DNA of 64,000 bases from Candidatus Methylomirabilia bacterium (GCA_041496385.1 JBGQEL010000001.1:58495-122494); one strand, 5' to 3'. Counted from the first letter of the stretch, positions 26,006 to 35,567 are shown. Notes: a model not told the origin generated them from the sequence alone. Numbers and translations are program-made.

Positions 26006-26953
26006 ATGACGACTGCATTGCTCCGGCGCGCGGGCGCGCTCACGCGCGGCGATCTCCTCGAGGCCCCGCCCGGCGGGATGATCGAGATCCCCGATCGCTA
26101 CCGCGCCTTCTACGGCATGACGCATCAGTTCGCGGCCGGCGAGCAGACGCTCGCGCTCACGGCCGGCCAGATCAACATCTCCGATTCGCTCGTGATCGAC
26201 TCCACGTTCGACTTCTACGCGCTCGGGCGCGCGGCGATCTGGTCCCCCGCCGCCTCCGGCGGCCAGGGCAAGATCCAGCTGAAGATCGACCGGGAGCTGC
26301 AGTTCGCCGGCGCGGGCGGCGGCAACGACTCCGTCGGCTGCTACCTCTCGACGATCGGCACCGGCCGCTTTCCGCAATACCTGGCCGCCCCGCTGCTCAT
26401 CCGTGGCAAGTCGACGTTCGTCGCCATCGCCGGCGACTTCCAGACCGTCGCCGCCGCGCTCACGCTCCGGACGCTGCACTTCGGCTACATCGTGCGGAAG
26501 GATCCGGTCGTCACGAAGCGCTGGTACGCCTCGCGTACGCCCTGGCGCTACATGGCCGACTTCACCGTCGAGGGCCCGCTCCTGGCGGCGCTCGGGGCAA
26601 ACAAGACCCAGCAGATCCCGGTCCCGATCGACCCCGACGGGGATTTCGAGGTCAAGAAGCTGATCATCGTCAGCGACGGCGAGGCCAAGCTGCAGGTCAA
26701 GAACGCGGACACGCGCGCCGAGTGGTTCCACCGCGCCGTCCACGTGTGGCTCCTCGGCGGCACAACGATCGACGCCGATCCGCCGGCGGGCGCCTGGCCC
26801 TTCCTGCTCCCCGACGAGTGTCCGGAGTTCATCGCCGCGCGCGGCGCGCTCTCCGTCACCGCGCAGGATCTCTCCGGCGCCAGCAACCGGATGCAGGTGA
26901 TCTTCGAGGGCGACAAGCTCAAGCCCGCCGGCGGCCTGCGGGTGGGAGGTTGA
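26006..26953 (+). CDS. Putative capsid protein with two tandem jelly-roll-like repeats
   Basis: Internal duplication: IDSTFDF..GRFPQYLAAPLLI..HFGY vs IDPDGDF..GAWPFLLP..FI..IFEGDK. Confidence 0.6.
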   Translation: MTTALLRRAGALTRGDLLEAPPGGMIEIPDRYRAFYGMTHQFAAGEQTLALTAGQINISDSLVIDSTFDFYALGRAAIWSPAASGGQGKIQLKIDRELQFAGAGGGNDSVGCYLSTIGTGRFPQYLAAPLLIRGKSTFVAIAGDFQTVAAALTLRTLHFGYIVRKDPVVTKRWYASRTPWRYMADFTVEGPLLAALGANKTQQIPVPIDPDGDFEVKKLIIVSDGEAKLQVKNADTRAEWFHRAVHVWLLGGTTIDADPPAGAWPFLLPDECPEFIAARGALSVTAQDLSGASNRMQVIFEGDKLKPAGGLRVGG

Positions 26954-26955
26954 TC

Positions 26956-28215
26956 ATGCGCACGCGACTCCTCGGCGCCCTCGGCGCCCTCGTCCTGCTC
27001 CTGACGTGCGCGCCCGACGCCTCCGCCCAGGGCGTGAAAGGGAAGTTCCCCCTGTCCGTGCGGGGCGGGCCCAGCCAGCAGAACACCGCCCGCGTCGATA
27101 CGTCGACGACGCCGCAGCGCTTCGAGCTCGGCTGCGAGGTCGACCAGGAGGGCGGCACCACGGTGAACGGATTGCGCTTCACCGGGAACACGGCCACGAA
27201 CAATCCGACCATCGCGACCTTCGGCTGCCCCAACGGGGGCGACGCCTCGCCGAGCCTGACACTGGCGCCGGCGGGCGCGCTGACCCTCTTGGGCAATCCC
27301 TCGGCGACGCCGGCGACGGAGACGCTCTCGGGTCAGCCGGGCACCGGCACCAACATCGCCGGCGGCAAGCTCACGCTGCGCGGTGGCAACGGCACCGGCA
27401 CCGGCGGGTCCGGAGGCTTCGAGATCGACGTCGCCTACCCCGGCGGGTCGGGCGCGGCCGCCGACACCTTCTCGGCCGCGTTCAACGCCTTCGCGACGAA
27501 CAACCAGGCGGCCGGCGCCGCGTTCGCCAACCAGTTCTTCCTGCTCACGGCGACCGTGAATCAGTCCGGGACCGCCGGCTACTGCTTCCTCTGCGGCTCC
27601 GTGACGGAGACGGCCACCGGCTCCGGCGCGAAGAACCTGATCGAGCTGCAGGTGGGCGGCAGCGACAAGTTCGTGGTGGACGACACGGGCCAGATCACGA
27701 CGGGCTTCCTCGGCGCGCGGACGGACATCGTCCAGTTCTACATGGCCGTGACCGAGTGCACGAACGATACCCTGGCGAACCTCAAGCCCACACGGGTCGC
27801 CCCCAACGACTGGGCGCTCGCGCGCACGGCCGCCGGCGCCGAGACCTACCAGATCGCCTGCCACCTGAACGCGCCGACGCGGACCACGGCCGGCAAGGGC
27901 TGGAAGCTGACCGCCTTCTCGATCTCGCAATTCATCGGCACGGCGGCCCTCACCTCCAACACCTTCAACGCGCTGAGCACCGTCGCCTACGCGAACAACG
28001 TCGCCAACGCGGTCGCGGCCTACGGCGGCTCGATCACGATCACGATGCCGACCGCGACCCAGGCGAATCCCTATCTGACCGCGGGGACCGTCGGGACGCC
28101 GGCGTTCATGAACACGACCAGCGCGGCGATCGACGTGGACTTCACCGTGGTCATGCAAAACACCGGCGTCTATCGCCTCTACGGGATCAGCGCCACCTGG
28201 ACGCAGCAGGACTAG
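26956..28215 (+). CDS. Putative spike/fibre protein with signal peptide
   Basis: MRTRLLGALGALVLLLTCAPDASAQ; G/T/A-rich beta-type sequence (GGKLTLRGGNGTGTGGSG). Confidence 0.7.
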   Translation: MRTRLLGALGALVLLLTCAPDASAQGVKGKFPLSVRGGPSQQNTARVDTSTTPQRFELGCEVDQEGGTTVNGLRFTGNTATNNPTIATFGCPNGGDASPSLTLAPAGALTLLGNPSATPATETLSGQPGTGTNIAGGKLTLRGGNGTGTGGSGGFEIDVAYPGGSGAAADTFSAAFNAFATNNQAAGAAFANQFFLLTATVNQSGTAGYCFLCGSVTETATGSGAKNLIELQVGGSDKFVVDDTGQITTGFLGARTDIVQFYMAVTECTNDTLANLKPTRVAPNDWALARTAAGAETYQIACHLNAPTRTTAGKGWKLTAFSISQFIGTAALTSNTFNALSTVAYANNVANAVAAYGGSITITMPTATQANPYLTAGTVGTPAFMNTTSAAIDVDFTVVMQNTGVYRLYGISATWTQQD

Positions 28216-28229
28216 GAAAGGAGCTCGTC

Positions 28230-28622
28230 ATGACCGACCCCACGACCGGAAAGAAGAAGTCCATGCCCGGATACCCGCCGAAGGGCCACACCGATCGCAG
28301 CTGGCCGACGTGCGGCAATTGCAACGGCAACGGCGCGATCACCGAGCAGCTCGCGATCGACGGCCGGGGCCTGAAGGGCGACCCCTGCGCGTCCTGCAAC
28401 GGCGTGGGGCGCGTGCCGGATCCCGCCTGGCCCAAGTGCGGCTGCGACCAGGTCAGCGACGACTGTGTCGTGTGCTTCGGTCTCGGCCAGTTCTCGCCCG
28501 AGGTCCAGGCCTCGCTCGCGGACCGGCTGAAGGCGGCCCAGGGCGCCATCGACAACGCGGTCGCGCGCATGCGCGTCCTGCGCACCGCGGCGGCGCCCCC
28601 GAGGGATCCGATCGCAAGGTAG
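28230..28622 (+). CDS. DnaJ-type zinc-finger (CxxCxGxG repeat) protein
   Basis: CGNCNGNG, CASCNGVG, CVVCFGLG; AAGGAG RBS. Confidence 0.75.
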   Translation: MTDPTTGKKKSMPGYPPKGHTDRSWPTCGNCNGNGAITEQLAIDGRGLKGDPCASCNGVGRVPDPAWPKCGCDQVSDDCVVCFGLGQFSPEVQASLADRLKAAQGAIDNAVARMRVLRTAAAPPRDPIAR

Positions 28623-28642
28623 CCCGAGGTCCTGATCGCCCG

Positions 28643-28702
28643 GCGGGCGCCGCCGCGCACGGCGCCCGCGGATCCTTTTGTGAACGGCGGGAAGGGTGTG
28701 CC
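28643..28702 (+). promoter_or_regulatory. Repeated leader element, copy 2
   Basis: GCGGGCGCCG-CCGCGCA-CGGCGCCCGC hairpin and ACGGCGGGAAGGGTGTGCC, 5 nt before ATG 28708. Confidence 0.75.
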
Positions 28703-28707
28703 CGCAC

Positions 28708-29235
28708 ATGGGCAGCGGCCTCGGAGACTATCCGCTTCGGCACCTGCCGATCGAGATCCTGCACGATCTCATCGCGCGCGCGCAGGACGTCAACCCGCAG
28801 TCCCCGTTGGACGAAATCAAGCTCTGGCTCGCCACCAAGCCGCCGTTCGCGGCCTGGTTCATCCGGGGCGAGTCCATCACGCTCAACGTCGGGGACTCGC
28901 GGATTCCGGTCACCGCCTTCCGGATCCCGCAGGGCGACGTCGGCGTCCTGGTCTTCTTCGCCAACGCCGTCGGCGCCGCGGCGGACTACGCCAGCGTGAC
29001 CTTCGAGCTCGATCGCGACGGCGCGGCGATCCCCGGGTTCGCCTCGATCATCGGGCCGCTCACGTTGTCCGCGCAGGAGCCCTGGCGCGTCATGGAGCCG
29101 CTCACGGCCGGCGCGCGCGTGCAGGTCGTCGCCACGAACACCGGGACCAGCCAGATCCAGAACGTCCAGGCCTTTCTCGCCGGCTGGTACTGGACGCCGC
29201 AGAGCCATCCCGGGCCCGCCGCGGTGGGAGGCTAG
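28708..29235 (+). CDS. Putative penton/minor capsid protein (single jelly-roll-like)
   Basis: FRIPQGDVGVL..VTFELDRDG..IPGF..GARVQVVATN..VQAFLAGWYW strand pattern; fold is inferred. Confidence 0.55.
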   Translation: MGSGLGDYPLRHLPIEILHDLIARAQDVNPQSPLDEIKLWLATKPPFAAWFIRGESITLNVGDSRIPVTAFRIPQGDVGVLVFFANAVGAAADYASVTFELDRDGAAIPGFASIIGPLTLSAQEPWRVMEPLTAGARVQVVATNTGTSQIQNVQAFLAGWYWTPQSHPGPAAVGG

Positions 29236-29238
29236 GCG

Positions 29239-29583
29239 ATGCAATCCGATCGCGATCCCAGCGTCTTCAACATTCCCCAAGGCGTCGGCGGAGCCACGGT
29301 GCCGACGGTGCAGACGGGCGGATCGACGATCACGCCGATCACCGACGTGACCGTCACCAACGTCGCCACGCTCCTGCGCGCGGCAAATAACAGCCGCCTG
29401 GTCCTGGGCGGCACGAACGACGACCCGGGCGTCAACATGCGGATCGGCGACGCGACGGTCGCCGCCGCGAAGGGCCAGCGGATCGCCGCCGGTGCCGCGT
29501 TCAAGACGAATGTCACCGCGGCCGTCTTCGGGATCTCCGAGGGCGCGAACATCGTCGTCTCGCTGACCGAGGAGGTCCGATGA
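29239..29583 (+). CDS. Small beta-rich structural protein
   Basis: 114 aa within the structural operon. Confidence 0.65.
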   Translation: MQSDRDPSVFNIPQGVGGATVPTVQTGGSTITPITDVTVTNVATLLRAANNSRLVLGGTNDDPGVNMRIGDATVAAAKGQRIAAGAAFKTNVTAAVFGISEGANIVVSLTEEVR

Positions 29584-30932
29584 TCCGGGCGCTCCGGCTG
29601 CTCTGGGCGCCCACGCGGCGCCTCGAGACGCTCGGCTGGATCCTCATCGCCCTGCTGGCCGGCGGGGCGTGGGCGGTCGACGTCACCGTCCCGCCGCCCA
29701 CCCCGCAGGTCGTGCTCGGCTGGAAGGACGTCACGAAGTACGGCGCCAAGTGCGACAACGTGACCGACGACACCGCGGCGTTCACCGCGGCCTTTGCCGC
29801 GGCCGCCACGATCCCTGGCGGCACCGTCTACGTGCCGCCCACGGCGACGCCCTGCCTCTTCAGCCAGCTCCTCGCCAACGCGAATTGGAGCTACGTCACC
29901 TTCCGCGGCGGCGGGGCGTCCGACGACAACATCGTGGCGAAGGGGCCCGGGCAGCTCAAGCATACCGGCGCCGCGCAAGCGATCCTGTTCCCGACGAACG
30001 TCGCGATCAGCAATTTCGTCATGCAGGACCTGGATCTCCTCTGCAACGGAAACAGCACCCAGGGGATCGACATCAGCCCCGGCAGCTCCGGGGGGAACTT
30101 CCTCGTGCGGTCGACCTTCGAGCGAGTCTCCGTCCATGGCTGCACGGCGACCGGGGCGAACGGCGTCAGTCACGAGGCCGGCGTCAACAACACCTTCCGG
30201 CAGATCTACACCTACGGGAACTTCACCGGCTTCGCGATCAGCGGCAATCAGAGCACGGCGCTCACGGCCTACGGGCTCCGCTCGCGGGTCAACAACCTGC
30301 GCGGGCTCAGCATCAGCGGATGCGCCTCCCCGGCTCACCTGACCTTCGTCGACGCGCTCATCGAGTCGAACAAGGACGCCGGCGTGGTGATCGATCCCGT
30401 GAACAATATTTGCTACGGGATCTCCTTCTTCCACTCGTCGCTGTGGACGAACAACACCCTGTCCGGCCCGACGCAGTTCGTGACCACCACGAGCGGAACG
30501 GGCACCGTCCGGAACGTGCTCCTCGACGGCGTGACGTTCGCGGGCGCCGGCGGCGCGATCAATGACATCGATCTCGCGGCCTGCATCCAGTGCGACGTGC
30601 ACAACGTGGTCGGCGGCGCCGTCTCCGGCGCGGCCATCCTCAAGATCACGGGCACGAGCAGCCGGGTCCGATTCTGGGGGATCAACGCCGCCTCCGGCGG
30701 GACGATCGACAATCCGGCGAGCGGCCTCGTCGAGTTCGGCCTCGGGGCGACCAACGCGAGTCAGGGGTTCCCGTCGACGATGCGGATCCCGTCGACGACC
30801 TTCTCCAACCTCCCAACCGCCGAAAACTTCTCGATCGTAGGCTGCAGCGATTGCACGGTGGCGAACCCGTGCGCCGGCTCTGGCACGGGCGCCGTCGCCA
30901 AGCGACTCAACGGTGCCTGGGTCTGCAACTGA
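29580..30932 (+). CDS. Beta-helix (pectate-lyase-like) receptor-binding spike with signal peptide
   Basis: DVTKYGAKCDNVTDDTAAF..GGTVYVP N-terminal motif; Asn-rich beta-helix repeats. Confidence 0.82.
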   Translation: MIRALRLLWAPTRRLETLGWILIALLAGGAWAVDVTVPPPTPQVVLGWKDVTKYGAKCDNVTDDTAAFTAAFAAAATIPGGTVYVPPTATPCLFSQLLANANWSYVTFRGGGASDDNIVAKGPGQLKHTGAAQAILFPTNVAISNFVMQDLDLLCNGNSTQGIDISPGSSGGNFLVRSTFERVSVHGCTATGANGVSHEAGVNNTFRQIYTYGNFTGFAISGNQSTALTAYGLRSRVNNLRGLSISGCASPAHLTFVDALIESNKDAGVVIDPVNNICYGISFFHSSLWTNNTLSGPTQFVTTTSGTGTVRNVLLDGVTFAGAGGAINDIDLAACIQCDVHNVVGGAVSGAAILKITGTSSRVRFWGINAASGGTIDNPASGLVEFGLGATNASQGFPSTMRIPSTTFSNLPTAENFSIVGCSDCTVANPCAGSGTGAVAKRLNGAWVCN

Positions 30933-31291
30933 TGCCCCCCGTCAACAGCGGCCTCCTCTACGACGAGCAGGGGCGCGTGCTGACCGTCAAGCGGACGCTC
31001 GGCAACCCCGCGGCCGCTGGCAACACGGAGATCGTCGGCGCCGTCGCCGGGAGCAAGATCCGCGTGCTGGCCGTGACGGCGATCGCCTCGGCGGCCGTCA
31101 ACATGAAGTTTCAGACGAACGTGACCGATATCTCCCCGCTCTGGCCGCTCGCGGCGAACGGCGGCCTCGTCCAGCCCCACAACGACCACGGCTGGGAAGA
31201 GACGGTCGCCGGCGATCCCCTGAACGTGAACCTGAGCGGTAACGTCGCGGTCGCCGTCCAGATCACCTACGTCCGCATCCTGGTCCCGTGA
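30932..31291 (+). CDS. Small beta-rich structural protein
   Basis: TGATG coupling; EIVGAVAGSKIRVL..LAANGGL..GDPLNVNLS. Confidence 0.7.
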   Translation: MPPVNSGLLYDEQGRVLTVKRTLGNPAAAGNTEIVGAVAGSKIRVLAVTAIASAAVNMKFQTNVTDISPLWPLAANGGLVQPHNDHGWEETVAGDPLNVNLSGNVAVAVQITYVRILVP

Positions 31292-31533
31292 GCGTCCTCC
31301 TCCTGATCGCCACGATCGTCCTCATGACGGCGCTCCTGGTGCGCGAGCTGCGCGCGGCCGTCGACCGGCTCCTCGAGGCGCTCCGCGCCGAGGTGATCAC
31401 GCCGCTCGCGCCGGCGCCCGTGACCTTGCCGATCCCGCTGCGGCTGCACTGCGGCCACGTCGCCGCCGCGGCGGTGCTCCATCCGGGCGGCGTCTACGTC
31501 TGCCAGGCGTGCCACGCGCAGCGGGCCGCATGA
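31288..31533 (+). CDS. Small membrane protein with C-terminal zinc-binding motif
   Basis: N-terminal TM; CGH...CQAC. Confidence 0.6.
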   Translation: MSVLLLIATIVLMTALLVRELRAAVDRLLEALRAEVITPLAPAPVTLPIPLRLHCGHVAAAAVLHPGGVYVCQACHAQRAA

Positions 31534-32294
31534 GGACGCGCTCCCGCGTCACGGCGATCCTGCTCCTGCTGCTCTGGGCGTCCTCGGCCTGGGCGGGTGT
31601 CGCCTTCGACAACAAGGGCTCGGCGACCGCCATCACCAACACGACGATCACGACGCCGGCGTTCACGATCGCCGCGGGCGCAACCGTCATCGCCGTCGGC
31701 GCCTCGCTGCAACACGCCACGGCCGACTACACCGCTGTGTCGTGGAGCCTCGGCAGTGGCACCGTCACGAAGGTCAAGGTGCTTCGCGATCACACCCTCA
31801 GCACCCCGGACAGCTACACGACGGTCTGGTGCATCAACGCGCCCACGACGGGCTCCGGGACGGTCACCGCGACGTCGGATACCTCGGTGCCGTTGCAGTT
31901 GAATGCGGCGAGCTTCACCGGCTCGGACACCACGACGCCCTGCCCCGCGGCGAATGCGCAGACCTCGGCGTCAGAAGCCACGTCGGTGACGGTGACGCCG
32001 ACTGGCCTGGGCGCCAACGACGCGAGCTACGGCGCCGCGGGCAGCAACATCGGCAACAATCCCCTGGGCTGCACGACCGCGCTTCAGACCGATTCAAACA
32101 CGGCGGAGAACCAGCAAACCGGCTACGCGCTCGGCACGACCGGCGTGGTCTGCACCTGGGACCTGGCCAACGGGCACAACACGACCTTCGTTGCGGTGCG
32201 GATCCAGGCGCCGAGCGGCGCCGCGGTGAAGTTCCGCCGCACGTTGAATCCCTTCGGCGCGCGCGCCGGCTCGCGCCCCTGGGGGGCCCAGTGA
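31530..32294 (+). CDS. Exported T/S/A-rich putative virion protein
   Basis: Signal peptide MRTRSRVTAILLLLLWASSAWA. Confidence 0.7.
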   Translation: MRTRSRVTAILLLLLWASSAWAGVAFDNKGSATAITNTTITTPAFTIAAGATVIAVGASLQHATADYTAVSWSLGSGTVTKVKVLRDHTLSTPDSYTTVWCINAPTTGSGTVTATSDTSVPLQLNAASFTGSDTTTPCPAANAQTSASEATSVTVTPTGLGANDASYGAAGSNIGNNPLGCTTALQTDSNTAENQQTGYALGTTGVVCTWDLANGHNTTFVAVRIQAPSGAAVKFRRTLNPFGARAGSRPWGAQ

Positions 32295-33796
32295 CCCGGC
32301 GCCTGCTCCTGATCCTCGCGCTGCTGCTGCTCGGCCCCGACGTCGCCGCGGCCGGCTCGATGCTGCTGAAGCAGTCCACGGCGTTTACCCGCGACTTCGT
32401 CATGATCGCGTCGAGCGATCACATCGCCGGCAAGACCGCCGAAACCGTGTCCTGCACGCTGTCCAAGGCGGGCGGGGCCTTCGCGGCCTCCGGCGGCGCC
32501 GTCACCGAGCTGGCGAACTGGTGGTACAAGATCGCGCTGAACACGACGGACACGAACACCCTCGGCCAGCTCGCCTATCACTGCACGTCGGCGAACACCG
32601 ACGCCTCCGACTTTGACGATCAGGTGGTGGTCATCGACCTGACCGATGCGGTGCGGCTCGGGCTGACGTCGCTGCCGAACGCCAACGCCGGGGCAAACAC
32701 GGGCCTTCCCGTCGTCGGCACGCAGGTGCCGAACGCGACCGCCGGGGCGGCCGGTGGGCTTCTGATCTCGGGCGCGAACTCGGGCACGACCACCTTCGGG
32801 GCGGTCACGATCACGGGCACGTTCACGATCTCCGACGGGATCGTCGTGACGCGCTCCTCGAGCAATGCGTCCGCCCTCAGCTTGACGGGCAACGGCACCG
32901 GCCACGGCCTGATCGCGACGAGCGGAGCCGGCGCCACTGGCGACGGGATCCGCGGCGTCGCGGGCTCGACGAATGGCAACGGGCTCACCCTGCTCGGCGT
33001 GGGCACCGGCGCCGGGCTGGCGGTCACGGGCGGGGCCACGGGCTCCGGCTTCTCCCTCACGGGCGGCGCGACGTCGGGCGCCGGCCTCAGCGTGACGACG
33101 ACGGCGGGCGATGGGTTCTCGATCACGCCAACGGCCGGCAACGCGATCACGGCCACCGCGAACGGCACCTCGAAGCACGGCCTCGTCGCGACCGGCGGCA
33201 CCGCGGGTACCTCCGACGGGATCAAGGGCGTCGCCGGCACCGGCGGCGTCGACATCCGCGGCAACCTCACCGGCAACGTGACCGGCAACCTGTCGGGCTC
33301 GGCGGGATCCGTCACCGGCGCCGTCGGCTCGGTCACCGGCAACGTGGGCGGCTCGGTGGCGTCCGTGACGGCGCGCGTCACCGCGAACACGGATCAGTTC
33401 GCCGGCGCCGCGGTCGCTCTTGACGGGAACAATCTCCCGAAGGTCGACGTCGAGGATACGAAGGGCACCGCGCTGGCGGCCGCCCTGGGCGTCGACGTGA
33501 ACGGGCGGATCAAGATCCAGGGCCCCCTCAACAAGAACGTCGCCAGTACGAAGTTCCCGTTCATGATGACCGACTCCACCAACCACAATCCGGACGCCGG
33601 CCTGGCGCCGGCGTGCACGCGATCGCTCGACGCCGGTGCGTTCGCCGCCGGCACCCTCGCCAACATCCTCGGCGTGTCGAACGGCGCCTATGTGCTGGAC
33701 TTCGGCGCCGGGGACCTGAACGGCGGCTACCTGATGCTCCGGTGCACGGCCGCGGCCGCGGACGACACGTTCGTCACCCTGCCGATCTATCCATGA
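32291..33796 (+). CDS. Fibre-like protein with Gly-rich repeats and signal peptide
   Basis: Repeats TGGATG and GNVTGNLSGSAGSVTGAVGSVTGNVGG; related N- and C-terminal domains (FVMIASSDH..CTLSKAGGAFA / FMMTDSTNH..CTRSLDAGAFA). Confidence 0.75.
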   Translation: MTRRLLLILALLLLGPDVAAAGSMLLKQSTAFTRDFVMIASSDHIAGKTAETVSCTLSKAGGAFAASGGAVTELANWWYKIALNTTDTNTLGQLAYHCTSANTDASDFDDQVVVIDLTDAVRLGLTSLPNANAGANTGLPVVGTQVPNATAGAAGGLLISGANSGTTTFGAVTITGTFTISDGIVVTRSSSNASALSLTGNGTGHGLIATSGAGATGDGIRGVAGSTNGNGLTLLGVGTGAGLAVTGGATGSGFSLTGGATSGAGLSVTTTAGDGFSITPTAGNAITATANGTSKHGLVATGGTAGTSDGIKGVAGTGGVDIRGNLTGNVTGNLSGSAGSVTGAVGSVTGNVGGSVASVTARVTANTDQFAGAAVALDGNNLPKVDVEDTKGTALAAALGVDVNGRIKIQGPLNKNVASTKFPFMMTDSTNHNPDAGLAPACTRSLDAGAFAAGTLANILGVSNGAYVLDFGAGDLNGGYLMLRCTAAAADDTFVTLPIYP

Positions 33797-33954
33797 CGAT
33801 CATCCAGTGGATCAAGCAGGGCGGCCGCCGCTACGTCCAGCTGTCCGCCGCGGGGGCGAGCACGGTCGGGCAGGCCTGGACGAGCGTCGGCTCGGGCGGC
33901 GCCGCGCCGATCAGCAGCGTCCCCTACCGGACGCTCGTCGGGGTCGGCACATGA
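33793..33954 (+). CDS. Small hypothetical protein
   Basis: ATGA overlaps at both ends. Confidence 0.55.
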   Translation: MTIIQWIKQGGRRYVQLSAAGASTVGQAWTSVGSGGAAPISSVPYRTLVGVGT

Positions 33955-34229
33955 GGCGCGGCCGGACGGTCACCTTCCACGGCGCCTTCGGCTCGAAGGC
34001 CGCCGCGATCCGCAAGGAGCGCCAGCTCGTCGGCGCGTTCGTCCAGCCGCGGCTGATCCGCGGCGCCCAGCGCTACGTGGTCATGAGCCGGCGCGCGCGG
34101 CCGCGGCCGAACGCCCGCTACCGTCCCGCGACCAGCTCGAGCGGCTGGGACACCTATCTCCTCCTCGGCGGGATCGGCTACGCGCTCTACTACCTCTTCC
34201 TGCGCCCGGCGCCGGGCCCGGTCGTCTGA
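33951..34229 (+). CDS. Basic protein with C-terminal membrane anchor
   Basis: Arg-rich N-terminus; YLLLGGIGYALYYLFLRP. Confidence 0.65.
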   Translation: MRRGRTVTFHGAFGSKAAAIRKERQLVGAFVQPRLIRGAQRYVVMSRRARPRPNARYRPATSSSGWDTYLLLGGIGYALYYLFLRPAPGPVV

Positions 34230-34822
34230 TGCTCGGCTTCTCCACGAGCATCGCGATCGCCGGCGTCCCCTCGGCCTGGGACACATTCATCTACCAGGCC
34301 GCTGGCGCAGATCCCACGATCATCGCGCTGGCCAAGGCGATCGTCGCTCGCGAGTCTGAGTGGAACCCGAACGCGATCAACCCGGCGGATCCGTCGTACG
34401 GGCTGATGCAGATCCTCTACGGGCCCGGCGGGCCCTTCCCGTCGTACACCAAGCAGCAGCTCCTCGATCCGATCACGAATATCGAGCTCGGGATCCTCTT
34501 CCTGCGCCAGCAGCTCGCGCGCTACGCCGGGGATCTCCCCTCGGCGATCTCCGCCTACAACGCCGGCCACGCGACCAGCGCGAACCAGAGCTACGTCGAC
34601 GACGTCCTGCTCTATGTCGCCTGGTACCTGGCGAATGATCCCCTCGCCGCCGGCGCCGCGGCGCCGCCGACGTCCACGTCGAGCGACACGGGCGACACGG
34701 TGCCGAGCGACACGACGTCGCCGCCGGCGGACGGCTCGATCGACACTGCACAGGCCGGGCTGGGCGTCGCCGGCGCGATCGCGCTCGGGATCGCCGCGGT
34801 GGTCGCCCTGGGGTCCAAGTGA
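34229..34822 (+). CDS. Lytic transglycosylase (SLT) with C-terminal membrane anchor
   Basis: AIVARESEWNPNA, GLMQI, DPITNIELG..L, SAYNAG. Confidence 0.9.
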   Translation: MLGFSTSIAIAGVPSAWDTFIYQAAGADPTIIALAKAIVARESEWNPNAINPADPSYGLMQILYGPGGPFPSYTKQQLLDPITNIELGILFLRQQLARYAGDLPSAISAYNAGHATSANQSYVDDVLLYVAWYLANDPLAAGAAAPPTSTSSDTGDTVPSDTTSPPADGSIDTAQAGLGVAGAIALGIAAVVALGSK

Positions 34823-35211
34823 TGCTGGCCCTTCCGGCGAACGGCCTGAAGCGGATCCTGGCCCTCGGCGCCTACGCGGTCACGATCTTCACGACCCTCG
34901 TGGGGGGCGGCTTCAAGGCCTCGAGCTGGATCGACCAGCGCAACGACCAGCGCTATGCCAAGCGCGACGAGCTCGGGACCGTCCGCCAGGACGTGAAGGA
35001 CATCAAGTGCACCGGGCTCGCCCTGAAGCTCGGCCAGCTCCGGACCCAGGAGATCCTGCTCGTGAATCAGCAGACACAGATGGAGCTCGCGCGGCGGACT
35101 CGCCTGCTGACGTCCACCGAGGTCCAGCTCTACGGCGAAAACGTGCGCGAGCTCGACGCGATCGCGCAGCAGCGCAAGGCGTTCACCGAGCGCCGGGAGT
35201 GCCCATCATGA
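34822..35211 (+). CDS. TM plus coiled-coil protein (lysis accessory?)
   Basis: N-terminal TM followed by a helical region; lies in the lysis cassette. Confidence 0.55.
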   Translation: MLALPANGLKRILALGAYAVTIFTTLVGGGFKASSWIDQRNDQRYAKRDELGTVRQDVKDIKCTGLALKLGQLRTQEILLVNQQTQMELARRTRLLTSTEVQLYGENVRELDAIAQQRKAFTERRECPS

Positions 35212-35549
35212 CCGTCGGGCAGTTCGCCGAGGCCGTCGCCGTCTATCGCCGCAAGTACGACGCCTCCGAAACCTCCGCCGGCCGCACCGACGCGCATTCG
35301 ATCGCTGTCGGGGGCGTCGCCGGCGACGCGCACAATTGGGATCTCGGCCGGGATCTCGTCTATCCGCACGGCCCCAACCGCAAGGGCGCCGAGACACACC
35401 CGCGCCTGCCGCACTCGTGTCCGCTGTGCTCGGAGAACGGGCTCAAGGTCATCCACGAGTCCGCCCCCGCCCACGATCATCTGCAGCCGGCGGACTTCCC
35501 TGCCGGCTCCGTGGCGATCTACGACGGCGTCCGGAAAACCTGGACCTAA
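35208..35549 (+). CDS. Peptidase M15A-like endolysin
   Basis: TSAGRT..H...VGG....H....GRD...HDHLQ zinc-peptidase pattern. Confidence 0.65.
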   Translation: MTVGQFAEAVAVYRRKYDASETSAGRTDAHSIAVGGVAGDAHNWDLGRDLVYPHGPNRKGAETHPRLPHSCPLCSENGLKVIHESAPAHDHLQPADFPAGSVAIYDGVRKTWT

Positions 35550-35567
35550 CACGCTGAGGAGGATCCC

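Noticed and set aside
26956..33796. Diversity-generating retroelement or invertible host-range cassette acting on the spike genes
   Set aside because: No reverse transcriptase, TR/VR pair or inverted gene segments seen
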